This document shows positions 1-7,476 of a DNA stretch of 41,668 bases, one piece after another. The notes under the pieces were generated by a model. It did no database searches, had not been told where the DNA came from, and worked only from the letters and a program-made list of their open reading frames with translations. The first letter of the stretch is position 1, and every line of letters begins with the position of its first letter. Both the position numbers and the translations under genes were made by a program. The DNA comes from a virus: the IMG/VR virus record IMGVR_UViG_3300045988_062043. The stretch is one strand, 5' to 3'.

Positions 1-217
1 CGACCGGGGCGCGGCGTCTGCTACGGGCTACCAGGGCGCGGCGTCTGCTACGGGCGACCGGGGCGCGGCGTCTGCTACGGGCTACCAGGGCGCGGCGTCT
101 GCTACGGGCTGCCAGGGCGCGGCGTCTGCTACGGGCAACCGGGGCGCGGCGTCTGCTACGGGCAACCTGGGCGCGGCGTCTGCTACGGGCGACCTGGGCG
201 CGGCGTCTGCTACGGGC
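1..217 (+). repeat. Tandem 27-nt coding repeat, 8 units; same array as 41518-41668
   Basis: Unit = [GAC/TAC/TGC/AAC][CGG/CAG/CTG]GGCGCGGCGTCTGCTACGGGC. 24 of 27 nt are invariant and only unit positions 1, 2 and 5 vary. Encodes xxGAASATG. Confidence 0.95.
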
Positions 218-418
218 AAAGCGGGAGTCGCACTTGCTGCAGGGTTTGGCTGCAAAGCAAAGGGAGCGCTTGGGTGCGCAATCTGTGTGGTAGAGCGCGG
301 TAATTGGGACGGAGAGACGCACCCTATTATCAACATCAAAGCAGCGATTGTAGACGGGGACATCATTAAGGCAGATACCTACTATAGGCTAATAAATGGA
401 GCGTTTGTCGAGGCATAA
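2..418 (+). CDS. C-terminal part of a wrap-around repeat protein (N-terminal part at 41195-41668), DUF7666-like phage protein
   Basis: Open from the window edge in frame 2 to TAA 416-418. Repeats are followed by KAGVALAAGFGCKAKGALGCAICVVERGNWDGETHPIINIKAAIVDGDIIKADTYYRLINGAFVEA. nt 1-34 are identical to 41635-41668. Confidence 0.8.
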   Translation, partial: DRGAASATGYQGAASATGDRGAASATGYQGAASATGCQGAASATGNRGAASATGNLGAASATGDLGAASATGKAGVALAAGFGCKAKGALGCAICVVERGNWDGETHPIINIKAAIVDGDIIKADTYYRLINGAFVEA

Positions 419-500
419 AAAGAGCCGTCGCCAGAGGGCCTAATCTCTGACGGCGGCGAGGGGAACAAATACACCCCTATTATGGGGCACAGGAGGAGAG

Positions 501-794
501 ATGTCAATGGGGATCACGCAGGAAACCCGCAGAGAGGGCTATAATCGTGCGCTCTCTGCGATCACGCCGCGCCAAGCACTAATTATCTCGGCGCTCAGGA
601 CGGGACCTATGACTGCGGCTGAGGTGGCGGACAAGCTGGGGTTTGGAGACCTCAATGCGGTAAGGCCACGACTCAATGAGTTAGAAAAGATGGAGATCGT
701 GCATGTAATAGATAAGCGGATCAACCCGCACAGTGGCATAAACAATGCGGTGTACGAGTTGAAAAGGGAGGCAGGAGAATGCTGCACTCAATAA
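501..794 (+). CDS. Winged-helix DNA-binding protein (MarR/ArsR-like)
   Basis: 97 aa with AGGAGG just upstream. MTAAEVADKLGFGDLNAVRPRLNELEKMEIV reads as a wHTH recognition helix plus wing. Confidence 0.6.
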   Translation: MSMGITQETRREGYNRALSAITPRQALIISALRTGPMTAAEVADKLGFGDLNAVRPRLNELEKMEIVHVIDKRINPHSGINNAVYELKREAGECCTQ

Positions 795-1051
795 TGGACG
801 ATCCGCAAGACCGCTCCGCAGAGGCTTATTGCCAACATTGTAAAGCAGAACTTTGGGGCGGCGGCGCAGAGCCTGATTACGAAGGCAAAACTTTGTGCTC
901 CCAATGTCGGGAAGATATAGCCGATACGGAGCACCGGAAAGAGATGATTACCGCAGTTTTGGAGGCGGTAGATCAAGAAAATAAAAAGTATTTGTCCGAT
1001 GATGTGTGCACCGTCATTTGGAACAGGTTAGTTGCAAAATTTGGAATATAG
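779..1051 (+). CDS. Zinc-ribbon hypothetical protein
   Basis: 90 aa with GGGAGG 7 nt upstream. Two CxxC pairs (CQHC...CSQC). Overlaps the previous gene by 16 nt. Confidence 0.55.
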   Translation: MLHSIMDDPQDRSAEAYCQHCKAELWGGGAEPDYEGKTLCSQCREDIADTEHRKEMITAVLEAVDQENKKYLSDDVCTVIWNRLVAKFGI

Positions 1052-1060
1052 GAGGCCAAA

Positions 1061-1657
1061 ATGAATATCTACGAGAAAATAGCCTCCATTATGGGGGATA
1101 TCCAGTACCTTGCAAAGGACGATAGGGTGGAGTTTAACAAGACCAGTTATCGCGCACTGTCAGAAGAAAAAGTCACCTCTATCATGCGGTCGGAGCTCGT
1201 GAAGCACAAATTGGTCGTGTACCCAGTGGCCCAGACCACGAATCGTTCTGGCACGATTACCCACGTAGATGTGACATATCGGATGGTCAATGTGGAAGAC
1301 CCCAAGGAATACATAGAGATCGCCTCTTGCGGAGACGGCGCGGACACGCAGGATAAGGGGAGCGGCAAGGCGATGACGTATGCCTTTAAGTACATGTGGC
1401 TCAGGACATTTGCTTTGCCGACTGGAGAGGACCCTGACAAGATTTCCAGCGCGGAATTAGACGCGAAACAGGCAAATATACAGCCTCCAGGGCCTCATTG
1501 CTCGGACTGTGGGAAAGAGATTATGCCATACAACGATGGTAAGAGAGTCATCATCGCCGCAGAAATGGCAGCTCGATCCACGGAGATGTTTGGGCGAGCG
1601 CTATGTGCTAAGTGCTCCAAGGCGGAGGGCCGGAGAAGGGCGGATGCTGGCGCATGA
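1061..1657 (+). CDS. erf: ERF-family single-strand annealing protein
   Basis: 198 aa with a GGAGG RBS. GDGADTQDKGSGKAMTYAFKYMWLRTFALPTGEDPD matches the ERF core motif. C-terminal CxxC..CxxC. Confidence 0.8.
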   Translation: MNIYEKIASIMGDIQYLAKDDRVEFNKTSYRALSEEKVTSIMRSELVKHKLVVYPVAQTTNRSGTITHVDVTYRMVNVEDPKEYIEIASCGDGADTQDKGSGKAMTYAFKYMWLRTFALPTGEDPDKISSAELDAKQANIQPPGPHCSDCGKEIMPYNDGKRVIIAAEMAARSTEMFGRALCAKCSKAEGRRRADAGA

Positions 1658-2184
1658 TACTGACCTGTGACAAGGCCCGTTGGTATGAGGACAGTGAGGG
1701 GTTTTGGGCGGCGTTCCGCACACGGGACCGGGCATCAGCCGCCAAGATTGCCGAGCAGATGGACGGCGCTTGGGTAGTTGAGGCCCGAAAACAGCCCCGT
1801 AGGCGCAGCCTGGACGCTAACGCCTACCTGTGGGTACTGCTGGACAAACTTGCGGCGGCGCTGGGACAGACCAAGGAGGAGCTGTACCGGGGCTTTATCC
1901 GGGAGATTGGTGTCTTCCGGGATTTTCACCTTGCGCCGGAAGAGGCGGCAACCTTTGAGGTGGCATGGTCCCGTCTGGGAACCGGTTGGGTCACGGAGCG
2001 GGTGGACTACACCCACGACGGGGAGCAGTTGGTGATCCGGGCCTATTACGGCAGCAGTCAATACAACACCAAGCAGATGACCCGCCTTATCCGCAGCGTG
2101 GCAGAGGAGTGCAAAGCACAAGGGATAGAGACTATGACACCGGAGGAGCTGGCCGGTCTGATGGACCGCCGGCAGGCTGTTTGA
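1654..2184 (+). CDS. NinB/Orf-like recombination mediator (putative)
   Basis: ATGA overlap with the erf stop. RRRSLDANAYLWVLLDKLA resembles the lambda NinB RSLDQNRKLWACLGDV motif. Start taken at 1654, not the track start 1612. Confidence 0.55.
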   Translation: MILTCDKARWYEDSEGFWAAFRTRDRASAAKIAEQMDGAWVVEARKQPRRRSLDANAYLWVLLDKLAAALGQTKEELYRGFIREIGVFRDFHLAPEEAATFEVAWSRLGTGWVTERVDYTHDGEQLVIRAYYGSSQYNTKQMTRLIRSVAEECKAQGIETMTPEELAGLMDRRQAV

Positions 2185-2465
2185 TGGATAGCATTTTACA
2201 GGGCGATACGCGAGAGTGCTACCTCACAGGGGCAACAGATGGGCTCCATAGACATCATATTTATTTCGGCAATCCTAACCGCAAAATCAGCGAGGCAAAC
2301 GGGTTCTGGGTATGGCTCCGCTGGGACTGGCACAATGGTGCCGAGTATGGAGTGCATTTTAACAGAGACCTGGACTTAAAGCTTAAACGGGAGTGCCAAG
2401 AGAAATACGAGGAGACCCACAGCCGGGAGGAGTTCCGGAAGCTGATCGGGAAAAGTTACTTGTAG
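2184..2465 (+). CDS. Hypothetical protein (C..HRHH motif, possibly nuclease-like)
   Basis: 93 aa. The start overlaps the previous stop (TGATG), so it sits in the operon context. Confidence 0.5.
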   Translation: MDSILQGDTRECYLTGATDGLHRHHIYFGNPNRKISEANGFWVWLRWDWHNGAEYGVHFNRDLDLKLKRECQEKYEETHSREEFRKLIGKSYL

Positions 2466-2476
2466 GAGAACGAAGC

Positions 2477-2551
2477 ATGCTCAACAAAATTTTTATCTTG
2501 GGGCGCTTAACCCGTGATAGGCTGGCTTATAGAGAGGCGGGGACCCAATGA
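2477..2551 (+). pseudogene. ssb: Orphan 5' fragment of an ssb gene (first 14 codons)
   Basis: GGAGA RBS, then MLNKIFILGRLTRD (a canonical SSB N-terminus). It diverges into RLAYREAGTQ*, and its stop overlaps the ATG of the HNH gene. Compare the intact ssb start MLNKIFLQGRLCKN at 3042. Confidence 0.7.
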
Positions 2552-3048
2552 AAACATGGACAACGGAAGAAATAGATGTTTTGATTCAAAATTATAATGT
2601 TGTTTCGAATGAAACACTCGCAACGTTAATCCCCAATAAAACGAAGCAAGGAATTTATAAAAAGGCATATAAACTTGGGCTTCGCAAATCAAAGGAAATC
2701 GAATTTTTAAATAGATCGCTCTCCAGAAAAAGAGAACGGGGAAGCAACTGGAACGGAGGCGTAAGAGTCACAAAAAGAGGATATAGGCAAGTTCTTTCCC
2801 CTGAACACTCGAGAGCAGATTCATCCGGTTACGTAATGGAGCACATATTAGTTTGGGAAAGAGAAACGGGTTTTCCCGTTCCTGATGGATGTTGCATCCA
2901 TCATTTGAACGGAAACAAATCTGATAATCGGATTGAAAATCTTTGCCTTATGTCTTTTGGATCGCACACCACTTTTCACCATTTAGGGAAGCGTCACTCA
3001 GAAGAAACAAAGCAAAAAATAAGAGAACAGAGGGCAAAGGTATGCTGA
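2548..3048 (+). CDS. Free-standing HNH homing endonuclease
   Basis: 166 aa. CCIHHLNGNKSDNRIENLCLMSFGSHTTFHH is an HNH motif. Markedly AT-rich relative to its flanks and sits between the ssb fragment and the intact ssb. Confidence 0.85.
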   Translation: MKTWTTEEIDVLIQNYNVVSNETLATLIPNKTKQGIYKKAYKLGLRKSKEIEFLNRSLSRKRERGSNWNGGVRVTKRGYRQVLSPEHSRADSSGYVMEHILVWERETGFPVPDGCCIHHLNGNKSDNRIENLCLMSFGSHTTFHHLGKRHSEETKQKIREQRAKVC

Positions 3049-3494
3049 ACAAAATATTTTTGCAGGGACGGCTTTGCAAAAACCCCGAGCTCCGGAACAC
3101 CCAGAACGGCACCGCCGTGGCGTCCTTCTCCCTGGCCGTGGACCGGGACTTCAAGGACAAGGAGACCGGGGAGAAGAAGGCGGACTTCATCAATGTGGTT
3201 GCCTGGCGCTCCACCGCCGAGTTTGTCTCCCGGTATTTCACCAAGGGCCGTATGGCCGTCGTGGAAGGCCGTCTCCAGATCCGGGATTACACGGACCGGG
3301 ACGGCAATAAGCGCACCGCCGCAGAGGTAGTGGCCGACAACGTCTATTTTGGCGACTCCAAGCGGGACGCCGAGGGCGGCGGCTACGGCGGCTCATATGG
3401 CGGCGGACATTCCGCGCCGCCCTACGGTGCACCAGGGCAGCACGTGGACCAGTTCGCAGAGCTGGAGGAGGACGACGGTAATCTCCCATTTTGA
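3042..3494 (+). CDS. ssb: Single-stranded DNA-binding protein
   Basis: 150 aa with an OB-fold N-terminus (MLNKIFLQGRLCKNPELRNTQNGTAVASFSLAV), a Gly-rich linker and the acidic tip EEDDGNLPF. Confidence 0.9.
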   Translation: MLNKIFLQGRLCKNPELRNTQNGTAVASFSLAVDRDFKDKETGEKKADFINVVAWRSTAEFVSRYFTKGRMAVVEGRLQIRDYTDRDGNKRTAAEVVADNVYFGDSKRDAEGGGYGGSYGGGHSAPPYGAPGQHVDQFAELEEDDGNLPF

Positions 3495-3524
3495 TGGACC
3501 GACAATAGACGGGCAGGTGAGCAG

Positions 3525-4253
3525 GTGGAGAGACAGCAATTTACATTTTACCGTAGCTACTATGAGGCGCTGAAAACGCTGCCCAAAAAAGAGCGTGAGG
3601 CGGTCATCATGGCAATGTGCGCCTATGCTCTGGACGAAGAGGAGCCGGAGCTGTCTGGCGTGCCAGCGTCTTGTTTCACGTTGATCCGTCCAACACTGGA
3701 CAGCGGTCGGAACAAAGCGAGAAACAGGAGCGGCAAAACGAAAACAAAACAAGAACAAAACGATAACAAACAGGAAGAAACGGGTAAGGAGAAAGAGGGA
3801 GAGGGAGAGGTAGAGGTAGAGAGAGAGAACGATAGTTTAAAAATATCTCCCCCTGTCGGGGGAGATACAAAAGCCGCCGTCATTGCCGATTACCTGGACC
3901 GAGTAAACCCGGCTGCCTCCCCGGCGTCGCTGGAAGAGCTGAGCGGGTATGCCCGGCGCATGGGAGAGGCGGTATGCAAGCGGGCGTTTGACGTTGCGCT
4001 GGACAGCAAAAAGGCTACATGGCCGTACATACGGGCCATTTTGAGGGACAAAGAAACCAGAGGAGTGAAATGCCTGGCGGACTGGGACAGGCTGGAAAAT
4101 GTCGAACGACCATCCCCTGGCAAAGGCAAGGGCCCCAAAAGCGGGTATTACGGGGGTACTGGAGACGATGCAGAGAAAATCGAGGGCGATCTGGACTGGG
4201 TGGAACGATATCTGGAGGCGAAAAAGCAGGATGAGCGGGAAAATGAGCCGTGA
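3525..4253 (+). CDS. Replisome organizer / DnaD-domain replication protein
   Basis: 242 aa. Phage replisome-organizer-like N-terminus (FTFYRSYYEAL), a charged low-complexity linker, and a DnaD-like C-terminus (ATWPYIRAILRDKETRGVKCLADW). Confidence 0.7.
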   Translation: MERQQFTFYRSYYEALKTLPKKEREAVIMAMCAYALDEEEPELSGVPASCFTLIRPTLDSGRNKARNRSGKTKTKQEQNDNKQEETGKEKEGEGEVEVERENDSLKISPPVGGDTKAAVIADYLDRVNPAASPASLEELSGYARRMGEAVCKRAFDVALDSKKATWPYIRAILRDKETRGVKCLADWDRLENVERPSPGKGKGPKSGYYGGTGDDAEKIEGDLDWVERYLEAKKQDERENEP

Positions 4254-4563
4254 AAAGGGCAAGCGAGGAGAACGGGAATGGGCGCGCTGCTGCCGGGACA
4301 ACGGGTATGATTGCCGCCGCACCAGCCAGTATTGCGGACAGTCTGGAGACGCCTCTGATGTTGTGGGCCTGCCCGGTATCCACCAGGAGGTCAAACGGGT
4401 GGAGCGCCTTGACCTGTACGGGGCTATGCTCCAGGCCAAGAGAGACGCAAAGCGTGGGGAGATACCGATTGTGGCGCATCGGAAAAATGACCACAGGTGG
4501 GTCGTTATCATGGACGCCGAGGATTGGTTTGCGCTCTACGGCGCGTGGGAGATGGAGCGGTGA
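4231..4563 (+). CDS. PD-(D/E)xK nuclease, Holliday-junction-resolvase-like
   Basis: KGKRGEREW...GDASDVVGLPGIHQEVKRV gives a D...E-V-K signature. The start is ambiguous (4231 or 4243). Confidence 0.55.
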   Translation: MSGKMSREKGKRGEREWARCCRDNGYDCRRTSQYCGQSGDASDVVGLPGIHQEVKRVERLDLYGAMLQAKRDAKRGEIPIVAHRKNDHRWVVIMDAEDWFALYGAWEMER

Positions 4564-4814
4564 AAGATTACCTTGGATTTTGGGGAGACAGACCGGGGCA
4601 GAAACCGGCTGACGAGATCAAGGGCGCTCACAGGCCATGGCTGGAGGCGGACAAGCCCTATGAGGCTTACCACCAGGCAGAACCGCAAGAGAGCATTGAC
4701 CGGTGTCTAACATGCAAAATCCGGAGGAGGTATTGCCATGGCAATGGCGTCGGATGCAAAGACTACGAGACACGCGGCGGGTCAAACCGAGGGAGAAAGA
4801 GGGCGGCAGGATGA
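4560..4814 (+). CDS. Hypothetical Cys-containing protein
   Basis: GTG start overlapping the previous stop (GTGA). Its own stop overlaps the next ATG (ATGA), which suggests translational coupling. Confidence 0.45.
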   Translation: MKDYLGFWGDRPGQKPADEIKGAHRPWLEADKPYEAYHQAEPQESIDRCLTCKIRRRYCHGNGVGCKDYETRGGSNRGRKRAAG

Positions 4815-5302
4815 CCTGGAAGATGATCGAGGGCTACCGATGCCCTTATCGCATCAGCGACCAGGGAGAGGTGCAGAGGCAAACGAAGGATGGGCGTTGG
4901 GTACGGGTGAGTGCTCATCTGTCACGAAACCGGGCCTATCTGACACTCAGAAAGGCTGACGGTATTCCGCAGAAAGTGGCGGTGGTGCGGCTTATGGATA
5001 CCTACTTCTTCGGGGGCAGGGCAAAACGGGATAACATGCACCTCATGCACAAAAACGGGGCCAAAATGGACTGCGCGGTTGAAAATCTGGTCATCACCAC
5101 CAAGAAGGAGATCGGGAAGCACTGGGGCGGCACCGGGAGGCGAAAGGCAGTTGTGCGGCGCGACCGGAACGGCGCGGAGACGATGTACAAAAGTATAACT
5201 GCTGCGGCAAAGGCAAACGGAATTAGCAGGACTGGGCTATGCAGGCGGCTCAACGGTAAGACACAGGACCCAAGAGGGTATCGATTTGAGCGGCTGGATT
5301 AG
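4811..5302 (+). CDS. NUMOD4/HNH_3-type homing-endonuclease-like protein
   Basis: MTWKMIEGYRCPYRISDQGEVQR is NUMOD4-like. HKNGAKMDCAVENL is an HNH_3-like motif. There is a C-terminal HTH (ITAAAKANGISRTGLCRRLNG). Confidence 0.7.
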   Translation: MTWKMIEGYRCPYRISDQGEVQRQTKDGRWVRVSAHLSRNRAYLTLRKADGIPQKVAVVRLMDTYFFGGRAKRDNMHLMHKNGAKMDCAVENLVITTKKEIGKHWGGTGRRKAVVRRDRNGAETMYKSITAAAKANGISRTGLCRRLNGKTQDPRGYRFERLD

Positions 5303-5401
5303 CATGGACATCGCCGTGCTTTGTGTGCAGCTCGGCAATCTTCATGTGGCGGAAACGACACGGGCTGGTATCCCGTGTTAGGCGGAAAGGAGAGCTTGCG
5401 G

Positions 5402-5692
5402 ATGTACATTGTGAGCGCGAATCAGTCCCAGGTGGTTGATTCGGCTTTTGTGGAGCGTTTTGTCCTGATTGAGAAACCAGATGCGGTGATCTTAGCGGCA
5501 AGTTACAACGACACGCGCCTGCCTGTGACCCTGACCAAGTTCCGCGCGATGAGCGAGGCACGCAATACCCTGTTAGACCTCGCAAACGCATTGGGCGGCG
5601 GCCAGACGGTATACCATCTACAGGACTATCTGGCGGATGGAAGCATGACCTGGAAGCGGGATGCGCGGGTCAAAAGGAGAGGAGGGTCCTGA
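5402..5692 (+). CDS. Hypothetical protein
   Basis: 96 aa with an AAAGGAGAG RBS. Start taken at the internal ATG of track ORF 5321. Confidence 0.5.
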   Translation: MYIVSANQSQVVDSAFVERFVLIEKPDAVILAASYNDTRLPVTLTKFRAMSEARNTLLDLANALGGGQTVYHLQDYLADGSMTWKRDARVKRRGGS

Positions 5693-6051
5693 TGGACATT
5701 GATAAACTGATTGAGGCTGTGAGACTGTGCGGCAGCTCGCCAACAATCTATCAGTGCGAGGCGTGTGCCTACTATACGGGTGGAGATATGGGGGCGTGTA
5801 TACCGGAGATGACGGCACAGGCCGCCGACGCCCTCTCCGCTCTCAGGAGCGAGCTGGAGCAGGTGGAGCAGGAGAGGGATGTGGCGTATAAACTACTTGG
5901 TGGAGAGCCCCCAAAGACCTGTAAGACCTGTGTCCTTTGGGGGGGAAACGGATGGGGACAGTACCAAATTGGGTACTGTGCAGGAGATGACAACCCGCAT
6001 GGGCCGAATGATTTTTGTTCCAGGCATCGCGGGCCGCAGAAGGAGGGATGA
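5692..6051 (+). CDS. Cys-rich hypothetical protein
   Basis: 119 aa. Start overlaps the previous stop. Several Cys pairs (CEAC, CKTC). Confidence 0.55.
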   Translation: MDIDKLIEAVRLCGSSPTIYQCEACAYYTGGDMGACIPEMTAQAADALSALRSELEQVEQERDVAYKLLGGEPPKTCKTCVLWGGNGWGQYQIGYCAGDDNPHGPNDFCSRHRGPQKEG

Positions 6052-6054
6052 GCG

Positions 6055-6471
6055 ATGGCCATAAAAAATTACACGTCCGGGGTAGACGTGTACACGAGCC
6101 TAGGGGAAATTCAAGGAGCGCTTGCGGCGCATGGGGCGCGACAGATCATGGTGGAGTATGATGACCAGGGACGTCCCACCGGTGTAGCCTTTGCCATTGA
6201 CACGCCGAACGGGCGACGGGGCTTTATGCTCCCGGCCAACATCGATGGAGTATGCCAAGTACTCCAGCGGCAAAAAGTCAAGGCAGACCTGGCACAGGCG
6301 GAGCGTACAGGCTGGCGCAATATCCGAGACTGGGTGCTGGCGCAAATGGCGATCATTGAGGCCGGGATGGTGAGCATGGACGAGGTGTTTCTACCATACA
6401 TGACCGACGGTCGAGGCAATACACTGTACCAGCTCTATCAGGGCGGACAACTGGCTTTGGGGGAGGGATGA
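6055..6471 (+). CDS. Hypothetical phage protein
   Basis: 138 aa with a GGAGGG RBS, tightly packed in the operon. Confidence 0.55.
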   Translation: MAIKNYTSGVDVYTSLGEIQGALAAHGARQIMVEYDDQGRPTGVAFAIDTPNGRRGFMLPANIDGVCQVLQRQKVKADLAQAERTGWRNIRDWVLAQMAIIEAGMVSMDEVFLPYMTDGRGNTLYQLYQGGQLALGEG

Positions 6472-6473
6472 GC

Positions 6474-6620
6474 ATGGAGTGTAAATGCGCAAAATGCGGA
6501 GAAGTACGGGAAATCGTCTGTAGAGTAGATGGTGAGCCGTGGTGTGAGGAGTGCTTGGACAAAGCGTTGGGATTGATAGAGGAGGCAAAGCAGGCCAAAC
6601 ATGGACATCGGACTCATTGA
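6474..6620 (+). CDS. Small zinc-ribbon protein (48 aa)
   Basis: MECKCAKCGEVREIVCRVDGEPWCEECLDKAL. Begins 3 nt after the previous stop. Below the track cut-off. Overlaps the next gene by 20 nt. Confidence 0.4.
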   Translation: MECKCAKCGEVREIVCRVDGEPWCEECLDKALGLIEEAKQAKHGHRTH

Positions 6621-7476
6621 TGTGGATGGTCACAGTGGGTTCCCCAATTTGGCGTTGATGCGCTTGGCGGCATGGCACAAAGCGAGAGGTGACACCGTGG
6701 AGTGGTGGGATGGGTTTAAAACCTACGACCGGGTATACATGAGCAAGGTATTTACGTTTTCATCGGACGTGGAGACCGTCATCCGGGCGAATGAGGTGAT
6801 CCGTGGCGGTACCGGGTACAAGGACTATGGCAGTCTGCCGCCGGAGATAGAGGCAACCTCACCGGATTACAGCATGTATCCACACGTAACGCATGCGGTC
6901 GGATTTTTGACAAGAGGTTGCATCCGTAATTGTCCGTGGTGTATTGTGCCACGCAAAGAGGGGGAGATACGCCCGGCCTCCACCTGGGAGGAGATCAAGC
7001 GGCCTGACAGCCGTGACCTGGTGCTATTGGACAACAATGTCCTGGCCCATCCGCATGGCCTGGAGCAGATCGATAAGATGGGGCATGCGCAGGTACGGGT
7101 AGATTTTAATCAGGGTTTGGACGCCCGGCTAATTACGCCGGAGATTGCCAGACTGTTGTCAAGGCTGCGGTGGATACGGTTTGTGCGCCTGAGCTGCGAC
7201 ACGGCGTCTATGCTCCCGGTGATCGAGCAGGCGGCGGCCTATATGAGGGAGGCTGGGATTGCACCGTCACGATTTTGGTGCTACATGCTGGTGCAGGATG
7301 TGGACGAGGCACACCGGCGTGCGCTGGCACTGGACAAGCTTGGCATTACCCCGTTTGCGCAGCCGTACAGGGATTATGACGGCGGTGAGCCGACTACAGA
7401 GCAGCGCAGGTTCGCGCGATGGGTCAATATGCGGGCCGCGTTTAAGTCGTGTAAATGGGAGGACTTTAGAGGGTGA
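6601..7476 (+). CDS. Radical SAM domain protein, substrate unknown
   Basis: 291 aa. CxxxCxxC cluster motif in TRGCIRNCPWCIVP. Confidence 0.75.
   Translation: MDIGLIDVDGHSGFPNLALMRLAAWHKARGDTVEWWDGFKTYDRVYMSKVFTFSSDVETVIRANEVIRGGTGYKDYGSLPPEIEATSPDYSMYPHVTHAVGFLTRGCIRNCPWCIVPRKEGEIRPASTWEEIKRPDSRDLVLLDNNVLAHPHGLEQIDKMGHAQVRVDFNQGLDARLITPEIARLLSRLRWIRFVRLSCDTASMLPVIEQAAAYMREAGIAPSRFWCYMLVQDVDEAHRRALALDKLGITPFAQPYRDYDGGEPTTEQRRFARWVNMRAAFKSCKWEDFRG

Noticed and set aside
1-217. Terminal repeats as a CRISPR array or as non-coding iterons
   Set aside because: The period is 27 nt with only 3 variable positions, so there are no spacers. The array is in frame with the flanking coding sequence on both sides. 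There are no cas genes.
82-366. 94-aa minus-strand ORF with PVADAAPR repeats
   Set aside because: It is the reverse-complement reading of the 27-nt repeat. The + frame joins a recognisable N-terminal domain (41195-) and C-terminal domain (218-418).
3837-4511. 224-aa minus-strand ORF
   Set aside because: It is antisense to the DnaD-like and nuclease genes. It has no RBS and a Pro/Arg/Ser-rich shadow composition.
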